Virus record (IMG/VR): IMGVR_UViG_3300032214_000528
Coordinates: 1-64,000 of that record
Origin: a virus
DNA length: 64,000 bases
Reading direction: 5' to 3' (one strand)
The notes below the pieces were generated by a model. The model had not been told where the DNA came from, searched no databases, and was given only the letters and a program-made list of their open reading frames with translations. A program made the position numbers and the translations under genes. This document shows positions 42,634 to 51,933 of this stretch, in pieces (the first letter of the stretch is position 1; each line of letters opens with the position of its first letter).

Positions 42634-42879
42634 ATGAGTGAAGACGATATCCCAGAGGATAATTTGGATGACCTTGAGTTTGAGGGTATGACCCCTCTAG
42701 ACCAAGACGCTGCCAATATGCATGAAATGTTTGAGTCCTTGAAAAGAGCTGGGTTTACTGATCGTCAAGCTCTTCAATTAGTTGCTTTTCTTGTTGAAGA
42801 AAGTGGTAATGGAGGAGCCAATATTGAATTTGTCGCTGACCCAAATATGTTCCCAGACGACGAAGACGACGATCAATGA
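42634..42879 (+). CDS. Acidic hypothetical protein
   Basis: MHEMFESLKRAGFTDRQAL. Confidence 0.65.
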   Translation: MSEDDIPEDNLDDLEFEGMTPLDQDAANMHEMFESLKRAGFTDRQALQLVAFLVEESGNGGANIEFVADPNMFPDDEDDDQ

Positions 42880-43148
42880 TTGAACCGACTCCCGAAGAAG
42901 AAGCTCTAGTTGAAATGCTTTTAGAGGCTGGGGCTCTTTATATTGGTGGGGTTGATGAGAATGGTAAAGAACTTTATTTTATGGACCCTCCTGTGATGAA
43001 GGAGGTCTGTCCACCCTTTTATGATTTGTGGATGCGTGATTTAGATGATGGTCTTATGGAGCTATTTAAGCTGGGACTTCTAGATGTTAACTATGATGAG
43101 AGTTTGAAGCCACGGTTTTCTGTTAGGACTATGCCCTTAGAAGATTAA
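42876..43148 (+). CDS. Hypothetical protein (possible winged-helix)
   Basis: 4-nt overlap with the upstream gene. Confidence 0.6.
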   Translation: MIEPTPEEEALVEMLLEAGALYIGGVDENGKELYFMDPPVMKEVCPPFYDLWMRDLDDGLMELFKLGLLDVNYDESLKPRFSVRTMPLED

Positions 43149-43164
43149 ATGGTAGGGTTCAAGC

Positions 43165-44733
43165 ATGATACAGACAAGAAAACTTGAAAAAATTACCGTA
43201 GTAGGCGGTGGAACTGCAGGTTGGTTAACTGCACTATACGTCAAAACATGCTTACCTGATTCAGAAGTAACTCTTATTGAGTCAGAGGAAATTGGTATCT
43301 TAGGGGCTGGTGAAGGGTCTACTCCTCACCTAGTCTACTTATTAGATCTTGTTGGTATTCCTGTTTCTAGGGTTATCAAAGAAACTGGTGCGACTATAAA
43401 GACTGGTATTAAATTCACTAATTGGAATAATGATGGTGAATTTTATTATCACGGGTTTGCAATGAGAGAGGGTTTTGGATTTAACTCTGTACAGATAAAC
43501 CCCCTTGCTTTATCGACATTATCTACATATGTTAGCAATGCTGTAAAGAATGAAAAGCTTGGCTTAGTTGACATGTCAGAAAAACTAGGGGAAAGCAATA
43601 AAGTTCCGTTTACTGTTAATAGAGATGCTCCAGCAGATGTCTCTAACACTATATTTAAGTTTAATAACTACGGAGATTTTTCTCTGCACTTTGATGCAAA
43701 AAAGCTAGCAGAGCTATTGAGATCTATTGGAGAAGACCGTGGTATTAAAAGAATTGAAGGGATTGTAGCCTCGACAGAAGAAGACTCGTATGGTGATATA
43801 AAAACAATTACACTGGAGTCTGGTGAAAAGGGAGAGACTGATTTTGTTTTTGACTGCACTGGTTTTGCGAGATTCCTTATTGGAAAAAAGTTTAAGTCTG
43901 AGTGGGACAGCTACTCAGAATATCTGCCTGTAAATGCAGCAATTCCTTTTTTCTTACCTGCTAACGAAAACAACACTCCTCCATACACAGAAGCAATAGC
44001 TATGAAGTATGGTTGGATTTGGAAGATTCCTCTACAACACAGGTTTGGTTGTGGATATGTCTACGACTCTAGTTTAATAACTGAAAAACAAGCTATGGAA
44101 GAAATAGAAGACTATCTTGGTTTTGAACCAGAGTATCCTAGAAAAGACAAAGGTGGCTTTAAATTTAGCGCAGGGTCATATAAACAACCTTGGATTAAAA
44201 ATTGTATTGCTGTAGGACTATCTTCTGGATTTATTGAGCCACTAGAGGCAACTTCTATTTGGGTAAGTATTATGTCTCTTAGAGAAGCGCTCTCTAACGT
44301 AGAGCTTATGACACTTAAAGACGATAGAGTTTCAGATGAATATAACTCTTACATGCAAAAAATTAATGAAGAAGTTCGTAACTTTGTATACTTTCACTAC
44401 ATGTCTAATAGAAATGACACGGAGTTTTGGGAAAAGTTCTCTGACTATAATAAAGCTCCAGAAGGAGTTAAAACTATTGTGAATAAGTGGTCCTATAGAC
44501 CTCCTAGAGTAGAAGATAAGTACGGTATTTTCTGGACTATTGAAAGTTGGTACGCGGTAGGTTGTGGAATTAACTTAGTTGATAAAGAAGTTATAAAGCG
44601 ATCTTACACTCATGCAGATGTGAGTAAGTGGGCTTTTGGTCAATATGGAGATTTAAAAGCAAAACAAGATGATGCTGTTAAACATTTTATGGACCACTCG
44701 CAATTCATAGAAGAGCTTAAGCATGAAATTTAG
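43165..44733 (+). CDS. Flavin-dependent (tryptophan halogenase/PrnA-family) halogenase
   Basis: VVGGGTAGW (FAD), GAGEGS, GATIKTGIKFTNW (catalytic Lys position), WIWKIPL (WxWxIP), and GFIEPLEAT. Confidence 0.9.
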   Translation: MIQTRKLEKITVVGGGTAGWLTALYVKTCLPDSEVTLIESEEIGILGAGEGSTPHLVYLLDLVGIPVSRVIKETGATIKTGIKFTNWNNDGEFYYHGFAMREGFGFNSVQINPLALSTLSTYVSNAVKNEKLGLVDMSEKLGESNKVPFTVNRDAPADVSNTIFKFNNYGDFSLHFDAKKLAELLRSIGEDRGIKRIEGIVASTEEDSYGDIKTITLESGEKGETDFVFDCTGFARFLIGKKFKSEWDSYSEYLPVNAAIPFFLPANENNTPPYTEAIAMKYGWIWKIPLQHRFGCGYVYDSSLITEKQAMEEIEDYLGFEPEYPRKDKGGFKFSAGSYKQPWIKNCIAVGLSSGFIEPLEATSIWVSIMSLREALSNVELMTLKDDRVSDEYNSYMQKINEEVRNFVYFHYMSNRNDTEFWEKFSDYNKAPEGVKTIVNKWSYRPPRVEDKYGIFWTIESWYAVGCGINLVDKEVIKRSYTHADVSKWAFGQYGDLKAKQDDAVKHFMDHSQFIEELKHEI

Positions 44734-45007
44734 AACACAGTGGATAACCGCCTTAGGATCGATGAAGAAAAAAGAATATTGGAATTTACCTAATACAGTA
44801 GAATTTGCTGCTTTTATGACTAAAGCTGCAATTATTGTTCCCGGTCTTTTATTTGATACTCAACTGTGGTGGCTCTATATAGTTGCTCTTCTCACAAGCA
44901 TATCTTTAGTTTGGTCATCTACAGTCAAAACCTTGCCTACTATCATTTGGTTTAATATTTTATGGAGTGGTTTAGCTATTGCTGCTATCGCTAAGCATTT
45001 TATCTAA
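44723..45007 (+). CDS. Small multi-pass membrane protein coupled to the halogenase gene
   Basis: 11-nt overlap with the halogenase stop. About three hydrophobic helices. Confidence 0.65.
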   Translation: MKFRTQWITALGSMKKKEYWNLPNTVEFAAFMTKAAIIVPGLLFDTQLWWLYIVALLTSISLVWSSTVKTLPTIIWFNILWSGLAIAAIAKHFI

Positions 45008-45225
45008 GAGTCTCTAACTATTTTTGCAACATATTTTAAAACTTCGTCTGGTCTCCATGATGGATCTATCTTTGAATTTTCAATCTTATCTGCTAGGTCT
45101 TTTTTAAATTGAGCATGACCCCACCCAAACTTAGGCTCCAGCATATGAGTAACCTTGTCTCTAACTACCCCATTTACTCTTTCATACTCTTTTAACATTA
45201 CTGCAGCAAATCTAGGAGACAACAT
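45004..45225 (-). CDS. Hypothetical protein
   Basis: Convergent ORF ending with a 4-nt overlap. Confidence 0.55.
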   Translation of the reverse strand: MLSPRFAAVMLKEYERVNGVVRDKVTHMLEPKFGWGHAQFKKDLADKIENSKIDPSWRPDEVLKYVAKIVRDS

Positions 45226-45625
45226 CTGACTCCTCCATCTTCATAGTCTCGTGCTCGACGTCGTTGTTAGCAGAGTAAAGTTTATAGGTAGTTCCACCAT
45301 TATTAGAAAATGCGTCACGATTGCGAATGCTCTGCCATAGGTCATCGCCAATCTGTACCCACTCCCTAGGCTCATTTGTAAGTGGAGCAAGGTTCTCGTA
45401 GCGCAGTAAACGATTGAGAGTTCCTATGCAATGATCTGTTGCTTCTGGACCTAACTGCATAATGTTGAATGCTTCAATGACAGAGACGTACCAAAGAATA
45501 ATCTTTGCATCCTCTTGAATAAGACTTAGCTCGCCAATTGCATGCTTAGACAGATCCGATAAATTCGTGGGAATAACTCCACCTTTCGTTGTTGAGCTCC
45601 CAACGACTTTTCGTTGCTTTCCCAT
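45212..45625 (-). CDS. Hypothetical protein (HA..EL...LAPLT...W...WQ..R type); start uncertain
   Basis: ENLAPLTNEPREWVQIGDDLWQSIRNRDAFS. Overlaps the upstream gene by 80 nt. Confidence 0.55.
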   Translation of the reverse strand: MGKQRKVVGSSTTKGGVIPTNLSDLSKHAIGELSLIQEDAKIILWYVSVIEAFNIMQLGPEATDHCIGTLNRLLRYENLAPLTNEPREWVQIGDDLWQSIRNRDAFSNNGGTTYKLYSANNDVEHETMKMEESDVVS

Positions 45626-46622
45626 CTGTCCTCCTCATATGGTTCTTTGATGTTGGTTTCCACACTGATGATTGGTCTCGATACTCACCTAGTCGTGGAT
45701 GCGATGTCTTTGAAAAGAATCGCTTTCCATTCTCTGTGTAATGTCGAGCTACTGCTTCGGAGATGCGTGGTCCAAAACCGAAACCCTGATAGTCAGGATG
45801 TACGACAAGTCTATGCTCTCTGAAAGCATTTTGCACAGTACCAGAGGGATAGGCCATGACGGATGCAAAACCTACTAACTGTCCTTCCCAGAGAGCCATG
45901 TAGTTGTGTGAGGCTTTGTTGAGCGACTCGGAGAGATAGTGATGCTTAGCGAAGTAGCTCCAAAGTAAGTTTGAGCAAGGGAATATTTCGAGTACCAGTT
46001 CAGGTCGTTGAAGATACCTCCCCGAGGTCCACTCGCCACGATCAGTATCAATTACCCAATCTGGTTCCAGAAACTCAAGGATGTCACGATGCACTGTTGC
46101 AAGAACTATCCCCTTAATCTTATTCTTACGAACATAGCGAGCCATAGAAGTTGATGCTGCCTTTGCAACATTGCGATCAATTACTGATGTGTATTCATCA
46201 ATAACTGCTCCACTACGAAGTGAACGAGCAAGTCCTGCTCTAAACTGCTGGCCATTAGATAAAGCATGAAATGGTTTGATCCACTCTGGAACGCTCATAA
46301 GTCCTGCAGCAGAAAGTCTTTCATTTGCTTTTTCTGGTGTTCCAAAGTGAGATGCAATAGATTTCTTTGAGTCCCAGATAAGGGTTGATGGTGAACCAAA
46401 AGACTTAAGAAGTGTTGACTTACCTGTACCAGATGCTCCAACAATAACGCCAATACCGAAGTCTTTAGGTAAATCGTCTGGGATTAAATATGGATAGAAA
46501 ACCTCTGTACCAGTTGATACATAATCAAAAGGACGAATAAGATCTTGAGTAAGCTCATCCATTTCTACGCTTGATGTGAGAGGAGAATCTGATCTATTTA
46601 ATTTAAACCATTCCTCACTCAT
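45546..46622 (-). CDS. ABC-type ATPase fused to GNAT acetyltransferase (COG2401-like)
   Basis: Walker A GASGTGKS, signature LSNGQ, Walker B VIDE, HHYL, and acetyl-CoA motif RLVVHPDYQGFGFG. No TM domain. Confidence 0.85.
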   Translation of the reverse strand: MSEEWFKLNRSDSPLTSSVEMDELTQDLIRPFDYVSTGTEVFYPYLIPDDLPKDFGIGVIVGASGTGKSTLLKSFGSPSTLIWDSKKSIASHFGTPEKANERLSAAGLMSVPEWIKPFHALSNGQQFRAGLARSLRSGAVIDEYTSVIDRNVAKAASTSMARYVRKNKIKGIVLATVHRDILEFLEPDWVIDTDRGEWTSGRYLQRPELVLEIFPCSNLLWSYFAKHHYLSESLNKASHNYMALWEGQLVGFASVMAYPSGTVQNAFREHRLVVHPDYQGFGFGPRISEAVARHYTENGKRFFSKTSHPRLGEYRDQSSVWKPTSKNHMRRTDGKATKSRWELNNERWSYSHEFIGSV

Positions 46623-47397
46623 CTGGCACTAGGTTTTCTTTAATGATCTTTGCAACAATCTTATGTGTCTTTGTTTCTTTAAATTGTTTGTACCTATCTA
46701 CAAGAGGAGCGAAAGGACCAAATGTGTATCTATATGATCTACAAGCTGCTGTTATAGATTGAAGTTCATCATTAACAATAAAACGCTTAAGGACAACATT
46801 TCTTGTTGTATTGAACTTTGCATAAAATAGAGGATCATCTTTGTCAATTTTAAGTTCGTTCACGTTCTCCCAGAGCTGGATATCAGTATTGATCTCTCTA
46901 AACCAACCGCCAATATTAAAAGCACCACCAACAAAAGCACCTTGCTGCATATATGTTGCTTTATGGAAATACGGGGAAGTAACCTCCATTTGAAGATCTT
47001 CTTCACAGAAAAACAAATATGACAAAGAGTAATTAACAATCAATGACTTATTTAAACTTGGAGGTCTTCTTACAGATGCACCAATAGCGTTCTCGATCCG
47101 AGACATTAACTGTCCTCTGTAAGGATCCCAAAACAAATCAGCATCTCTAGAGTTATGAAATAGGTAAGTGTTCCTATGAAAATCAGACACAGCTGGGCAG
47201 TATAGGTAGCTATCTTGCTTAATCTCTTTATTTCTACGACTTTTAAGTTCCTCTAAACTATTTATAGGATCTCTATAAGACATATTCCAATTTACGTTGT
47301 GTGCCCAGTAGTCTGGGTCAGTTATCTCTGGTTCTGCGACTGGGAGTTTAAATGATGGCGCCCAGTAAACTATAAGGTCTTTTTCTTTTTTAGACAC
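46615..47397 (-). CDS. Cys-Pro uncharacterised protein, paralogue 2
   Basis: VYWAP, YLYCPAVSD, MEVTSPYFH, GAFNIGGWFR and DDPLFYAKF. Confidence 0.7.
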   Translation of the reverse strand: MSKKEKDLIVYWAPSFKLPVAEPEITDPDYWAHNVNWNMSYRDPINSLEELKSRRNKEIKQDSYLYCPAVSDFHRNTYLFHNSRDADLFWDPYRGQLMSRIENAIGASVRRPPSLNKSLIVNYSLSYLFFCEEDLQMEVTSPYFHKATYMQQGAFVGGAFNIGGWFREINTDIQLWENVNELKIDKDDPLFYAKFNTTRNVVLKRFIVNDELQSITAACRSYRYTFGPFAPLVDRYKQFKETKTHKIVAKIIKENLVPDE

Positions 47398-48170
47398 TAT
47401 CCCTCCAATAAATTCTTTTTAATTTCCTTCAAAACAATCTCTCTACTGCTTGTCTTATTAAACAGCTCGTATCGTTTTTCAAGAGACGGTTCGTTATGAT
47501 GACTATTGATTAAGTTTCTCGTAATCACGGAAAGAGTGTCTGTATATACAAAACGTTTTAATATGATGTCTCTATCTGTGTTAAAGCTAATATAGAACAA
47601 AGGTTCGTTGTCTTCAAAGACTAAACGTCCTTTAGGCTCCCAGAGTTGAAGTTCAAAGTTAAAAGGTCTAAACCAACTTCCAATGTCATATTGTCCTGGA
47701 ACAGGGGTAGCGTAGTTTAAATACTTGGGTCTATGAAACATTGGTGGAGTTATCTCTGCATTAATTGACTCTTCTGAGAAGAAAAGCCACCTTAGCTGCA
47801 TATCAACTGTTGGCTTATCCATCAAAGCGGGAGCTCTTCTTACTGCAAAGTTTAAATGCCTTTCTTGCTCTGGCATAAAAGTAGAATCATTCCTATCCCT
47901 AAGATCATATGTGTATGAGCATGCAATAGCATTATAGAAAACAAAAGTCTTTTTAAAAGTATTTTTTGCTGCTGGACAAGATAAATATGTTGTTGGACCA
48001 CGCTGAGGATTTTTCTCAGCCATAAGGTCAGAATGAAGACTTTTTGGATCTGAATAAATTAAATGCCCGTGAGTGTTGTTCCAGTCTTCTGCTGAAGCAT
48101 CCTCTACAGCACCGGGAGTCCAATAGATAACTAATGGCTTTTTTTCGTCATCTGTCTTTTTAAAGTCCAT
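47397..48170 (-). CDS. Cys-Pro uncharacterised protein, paralogue 3
   Basis: IYWTP, YLSCPAAKN, AEITPPMFH, GQYDIGSWFRP and NEPLFYISF. Tandem paralogue of 46615. Confidence 0.7.
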   Translation of the reverse strand: MDFKKTDDEKKPLVIYWTPGAVEDASAEDWNNTHGHLIYSDPKSLHSDLMAEKNPQRGPTTYLSCPAAKNTFKKTFVFYNAIACSYTYDLRDRNDSTFMPEQERHLNFAVRRAPALMDKPTVDMQLRWLFFSEESINAEITPPMFHRPKYLNYATPVPGQYDIGSWFRPFNFELQLWEPKGRLVFEDNEPLFYISFNTDRDIILKRFVYTDTLSVITRNLINSHHNEPSLEKRYELFNKTSSREIVLKEIKKNLLEG

Positions 48171-48232
48171 ATCTAGAGCATACTGGACTAGAAAAAGAAA
48201 AACAAGCGGTAGGTTGCATCTTTCTTAATTCT

Positions 48233-48991
48233 GTGTATGATAGAGATATGATTAATCAGGGAAACGACGTTCCAGAGAAGACAATTGCAGTCTTTATGAA
48301 GAAGCAAAACGGTCCTGTCAATGAAGAAAGAGTTCGTGGTATCTTACAAAAACCAGATAAGAAAAGGGATTGGTTTACCCCTAACTTTTATAGGTGTCTT
48401 CCACTTATTATAGGAAACACTTATGGGTATGTTTTAACTGCAGAATACGAGTTTAGCGTTGTGTGGGACGGTGGAGAAGGTCCCGAGTCTGTAAAAATTA
48501 CAACTCCTGATGAGGACTACCTTAAAAAGTTCCCTCTTGTTACTTCACACTTTGGATCTGGGATTGTCACTATAAGCGCTCCTTGGGTACTTAGAACCCC
48601 TCCGGGAGTAAACCTTATGACTATCAACCCACCTAACCATATTCTTCCAGCGATTACTGTTATGACTGGTGTAGTAGAGACAGATAACTCTCGTGTTGAT
48701 TTCACTTTTAATATGAAAATTCAGCTTCCAAATGTAGAAATAACATTCCCGGTTGGAGAACCATTAACGGGAATCATACCTATACCTAGATACTATGCTG
48801 ATGAGTTTGAGTTGAAGATGGCAGAAGATATTTTCTCTCAGGAACTGGTGCAGGAAGAAGCAGATGCTACTATTAGATCAGATATAAAAAGGTCTCAGCA
48901 TATACACAATGACCCTCCTATCTTTGACAAAGAGTATATGAGAGGTGTTGATACCTATGGAAATAAATTCCCCGACCATCAAAAGAAATAA
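48233..48991 (+). CDS. DUF6065-like protein, paralogue 4
   Basis: FYRCLPLIIGNTYG, PWVLRTPPGVNLM..NPPN, GVVETD and GEPLTGIIPIPR. Confidence 0.75.
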   Translation: MYDRDMINQGNDVPEKTIAVFMKKQNGPVNEERVRGILQKPDKKRDWFTPNFYRCLPLIIGNTYGYVLTAEYEFSVVWDGGEGPESVKITTPDEDYLKKFPLVTSHFGSGIVTISAPWVLRTPPGVNLMTINPPNHILPAITVMTGVVETDNSRVDFTFNMKIQLPNVEITFPVGEPLTGIIPIPRYYADEFELKMAEDIFSQELVQEEADATIRSDIKRSQHIHNDPPIFDKEYMRGVDTYGNKFPDHQKK

Positions 48992-49002
48992 AAGGTAGAA
49001 AA

Positions 49003-49305
49003 ATGAAATGCAGCTTTTGCTCTTATAATCATAAGCCAGATAATCCTCAGTTTCTAAAGGCTCACGCTGAACTTGATATTCTTGAAGGAAAGACAGGTGG
49101 AGTTGTTCCTGTAGTTGTTTGGAGAGATGGTGAGTTTTTATTGGTGTCAAAAGAAAATGATGGAGAAACTGTTTACTCTATTGGTTTAGTAGACCCTAGA
49201 CCTTTAGTGGAAGACGAAGAGACAATCAGAAAAAGAAGAGAATATGACGCTTCCGTCACTAAAGAAGAAGAAGAAGTGGTAGCAGATACTCCTAGCGAGT
49301 CTTAG
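49003..49305 (+). CDS. Hypothetical protein
   Basis: MKCSFC start; co-oriented with 48233. Confidence 0.55.
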   Translation: MKCSFCSYNHKPDNPQFLKAHAELDILEGKTGGVVPVVVWRDGEFLLVSKENDGETVYSIGLVDPRPLVEDEETIRKRREYDASVTKEEEEVVADTPSES

Positions 49306-49514
49306 TCTTCTATAAAATCTGACTCGTCAAAGATGTCAGTTGCTTTTTCCACAAGTGCATCTTCATACTTAACAAAGTGGTGGTTGCAAAAGAACAAGTC
49401 TCCATAAGGAAATTGAACTAAATAATAAGCTTTAGCTTGACAGCTATCGCAACGGTCTTGTGGTCCAATTGCTTTGATAGGTTCAAGCGTTGGAGTCGGG
49501 GTTAAAGGTTCCAT
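49302..49514 (-). CDS. Small Zn-binding protein (DRCDxC...FCxHH)
   Basis: QDRCDSCQAKAY...LFFCNHHF. Confidence 0.7.
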   Translation of the reverse strand: MEPLTPTPTLEPIKAIGPQDRCDSCQAKAYYLVQFPYGDLFFCNHHFVKYEDALVEKATDIFDESDFIED

Positions 49515-49722
49515 ACAACTCCTTACATGTAGGACAAATTGGAAACTTTTCTGGATCCCTAGACGGCACCCACTTCTTACCGCACAAAGCTATCACAGGT
49601 GTTCCTTCAACCATAGCTCTAACTGCTTCACCTTTTTCAACATAGTGAGCAAACCTCTCATGGTCACCATCTCCATAAGACAGTTGTGTATCGAGAATCG
49701 TGTCATAGAGAGGTTCGCTCAT
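49483..49722 (-). CDS. DUF3039-family protein (actinobacterial)
   Basis: HYVEK...VEGTPVIALCGKKWVPSRDPEKFPICPTC. Confidence 0.85.
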   Translation of the reverse strand: MSEPLYDTILDTQLSYGDGDHERFAHYVEKGEAVRAMVEGTPVIALCGKKWVPSRDPEKFPICPTCKELYGTFNPDSNA

Positions 49723-49731
49723 AGATATATT

Positions 49732-50667
49732 TTATCCCTTAATTGGTAGTAATGACTTTAATACTGTTTCCTGTGGCAGTATTGCTATATGAGATGAAAC
49801 ATCTTTACTTCCGTAACTAATAAGGAAATTATCTCCCTGTGTAGTTAAACCTGCTGCAAACTCTACGCCACGATTCTCGAATATAAAGCCTCGTGAAAGA
49901 GCGATTAGCTTGCCTTTTTCATCATACTTTGCAAAGTAATGAACATAAAATCTATGAGTATTATTTAATATAATTCTAGTAAATAATCTGTGAACAACTG
50001 CTAGATAACTTCCATCTTCTAACGGATAAAGATTACTATTACCTCTAAGGGATGCAATCTGTTGATTGTCAGTAAGATGTGTTGTCATCTTGTTTCCCTT
50101 AATAGTTGAATTTGGACCATAGATCCAATCAAAATATTCATTAGGTTCAGGAGATAACATCCAGTTTTTCTCTGGTTTGTTTGCGTCCATTCCTTCGAAC
50201 TTCTCGAGGGACTCTATTGATCTTAGGTTATTGCTAAGACGACAGATAGCCATACGAGCTTTTTCTGTATGACCCTTCTCCATAGTCACGCAGGTAAAGT
50301 GCCATGCACCATCACGATAGAAAAGCTTCGGGTCTTCTAAACCACGGCGTAACGGTCCTTGCTCTGAAAGAGCATCTACATCAAGAAGACGCAAGTCAGT
50401 AAGTTTGTAGGTTTTTGGGTCAATCTCGGATATGTAAATCTTGCTGCGAATAAAGTCACCAGAAACAACTTGATAAGCACCCAATGGGTTGATGACATAG
50501 TTGCCAGAGCGAAGCATTCCAACATATCCAGTGGACTCGTGATAGCCAATAGATAAGTTAGTAGCAGACCACTCTTTAATATTTGGGTCAGCTAATCGAC
50601 GAACATTCTTAATCTCTCCACCTAGCTGATGGATCGTGGGTGCACTCTTCTCATCTTCAATCTGCAT
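49732..50667 (-). CDS. GH130-like five-bladed glycosidase/phosphorylase
   Basis: RGLEDPKLF, EKNWM, and GVEFAAGL...LISYG. Confidence 0.65.
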   Translation of the reverse strand: MQIEDEKSAPTIHQLGGEIKNVRRLADPNIKEWSATNLSIGYHESTGYVGMLRSGNYVINPLGAYQVVSGDFIRSKIYISEIDPKTYKLTDLRLLDVDALSEQGPLRRGLEDPKLFYRDGAWHFTCVTMEKGHTEKARMAICRLSNNLRSIESLEKFEGMDANKPEKNWMLSPEPNEYFDWIYGPNSTIKGNKMTTHLTDNQQIASLRGNSNLYPLEDGSYLAVVHRLFTRIILNNTHRFYVHYFAKYDEKGKLIALSRGFIFENRGVEFAAGLTTQGDNFLISYGSKDVSSHIAILPQETVLKSLLPIKG

Positions 50668-51445
50668 AGATCACCTTTGGATGTCTATCAACTACACCAC
50701 TTACTTTCTTAGCAACTGCAAAGATGTTATCACCAGTGTGTTGGACTTTGATCCCTATCATCTCGAGGCGGAGAGCAATGCCAACATGTGGTTCTTCAAA
50801 TGAGTCTTCAGTCCAAGTTGATCCATCAAAGCCAGCAGCTTTAAGAACTGCTGTAAGTGAATGAATGCTGTATTCGTAGTTGTGTCGATAGAGTGATCGA
50901 TCATGTCGATACTGCATGTAAAAATATGGCTCGATGCCATTAAGTATTTTATGAATTGCCCAAGTGCTAGCGCAGTTAGGTGTTGTAACTAAAAGGGTTC
51001 CTCCGACTTTAAGAACTCTATTAATCTCTGAAAGCATGTACATGGGGTCGACCTCCATGTGCTCAATAACTTCCGAGAGGAGTATGAAGTCGAAGGAATT
51101 ATCGTCGAAGGGAAGTGGCTCATCTTCAATGTTTACACGACCAACTTTAAGATTAATAGATTCATCTTGAAGTGTGAATATGTCTTCGCCAAGTTTTGGT
51201 TTATCTAAGTTGAAATCAGTAACGGTTAAATCTAGCTCTGGTGCAAGCTTGCTAAGAACAAGTGGGATGAGAGAGGTTGTCCCTATCTCTAAAAACTTAC
51301 CTTGAGGTTTTTGATCAAGGATTACTTGTAGGGTTCTTGCCATTCGACGAGCGTGACCGTAATGGTAGTTGTCTTCTTTTTTAATTAAAGGTTTCATAGC
51401 ATTGACAATTTCTGGTGAAATATCTTTGTAAGTCTCTGTAATCAT
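50657..51445 (-). CDS. Class I SAM-dependent methyltransferase
   Basis: FLEIG, LPFDDNSFDFILLSEVIEH, and RVLKVGGTLLVTTPN. Start moved to ATG 51445 (ATGA overlap with the deaminase). Confidence 0.85.
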   Translation of the reverse strand: MITETYKDISPEIVNAMKPLIKKEDNYHYGHARRMARTLQVILDQKPQGKFLEIGTTSLIPLVLSKLAPELDLTVTDFNLDKPKLGEDIFTLQDESINLKVGRVNIEDEPLPFDDNSFDFILLSEVIEHMEVDPMYMLSEINRVLKVGGTLLVTTPNCASTWAIHKILNGIEPYFYMQYRHDRSLYRHNYEYSIHSLTAVLKAAGFDGSTWTEDSFEEPHVGIALRLEMIGIKVQHTGDNIFAVAKKVSGVVDRHPKVIYAD

Positions 51446-51843
51446 TCTTCTTCTCCCAAATATACAAAGCGCTCGATACCTGCAGACTGCATTATCTTCA
51501 TACAACCTGGACAAGGATGACCCGTGATGTAGATAGTTGAGCCTTGAAGCTCTTCCCAAGATGCACGAATAATTGCGTTAGCCTCAGCGTGAGTTGCCCA
51601 GCAAAGGTCGTATTGTCCTTCTGAATGTTTTGAATTAGGGTCAAGTGCCCTAGGACATTGACCTGTAGCTCCACAAGAGTTTTCACTTCCGGGAGGTGAT
51701 CCGTTATATCCTGTAGAAACAATCTTATGATTTTTCACAATAACAGCGCCATGTTGCGCTCGCACACAATCACCACGCATAGAAACCGCAACGGCTATAT
51801 TGAGATAGTAGGTGTCCCAATCTGGGCGTTGTAATTCTGTCAT
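51442..51843 (-). CDS. dCMP deaminase family
   Basis: STGYNG, HAEANAI and PCPGC zinc motifs. Confidence 0.88.
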   Translation of the reverse strand: MTELQRPDWDTYYLNIAVAVSMRGDCVRAQHGAVIVKNHKIVSTGYNGSPPGSENSCGATGQCPRALDPNSKHSEGQYDLCWATHAEANAIIRASWEELQGSTIYITGHPCPGCMKIMQSAGIERFVYLGEEE

Positions 51844-51871
51844 TGAGTCAGCCTATCAGAAAATAGTAAAG

Positions 51872-51900
51872 GAGCAGTTTGTCGACATGCTCAGGTCGCC
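51872..51900 (-). ncRNA. Compact H-type pseudoknot candidate
   Basis: Minus strand GGCGACCUGAGCAUGUCGACAAACUGCUC. P1 is CGAC/GUCG; P2 is GAGCA/UGCUC. Confidence 0.45.
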
Positions 51901-51903
51901 ATC

Positions 51904-51923
51904 CTAGGTAGTAGCGTACCTAG
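51904..51923. terminator. Hairpin downstream of the endolysin operon
   Basis: CTAGGTA-N6-TACCTAG, a perfect 7-bp stem. Confidence 0.4.
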
Positions 51924-51933
51924 AAATTTATTA

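Noticed and set aside
41882-48991. RiPP precursor peptide for the halogenase
   Set aside because: No short ORF with a leader/core or repeated aromatic motif, and no peptidase or transporter pair in the cluster.
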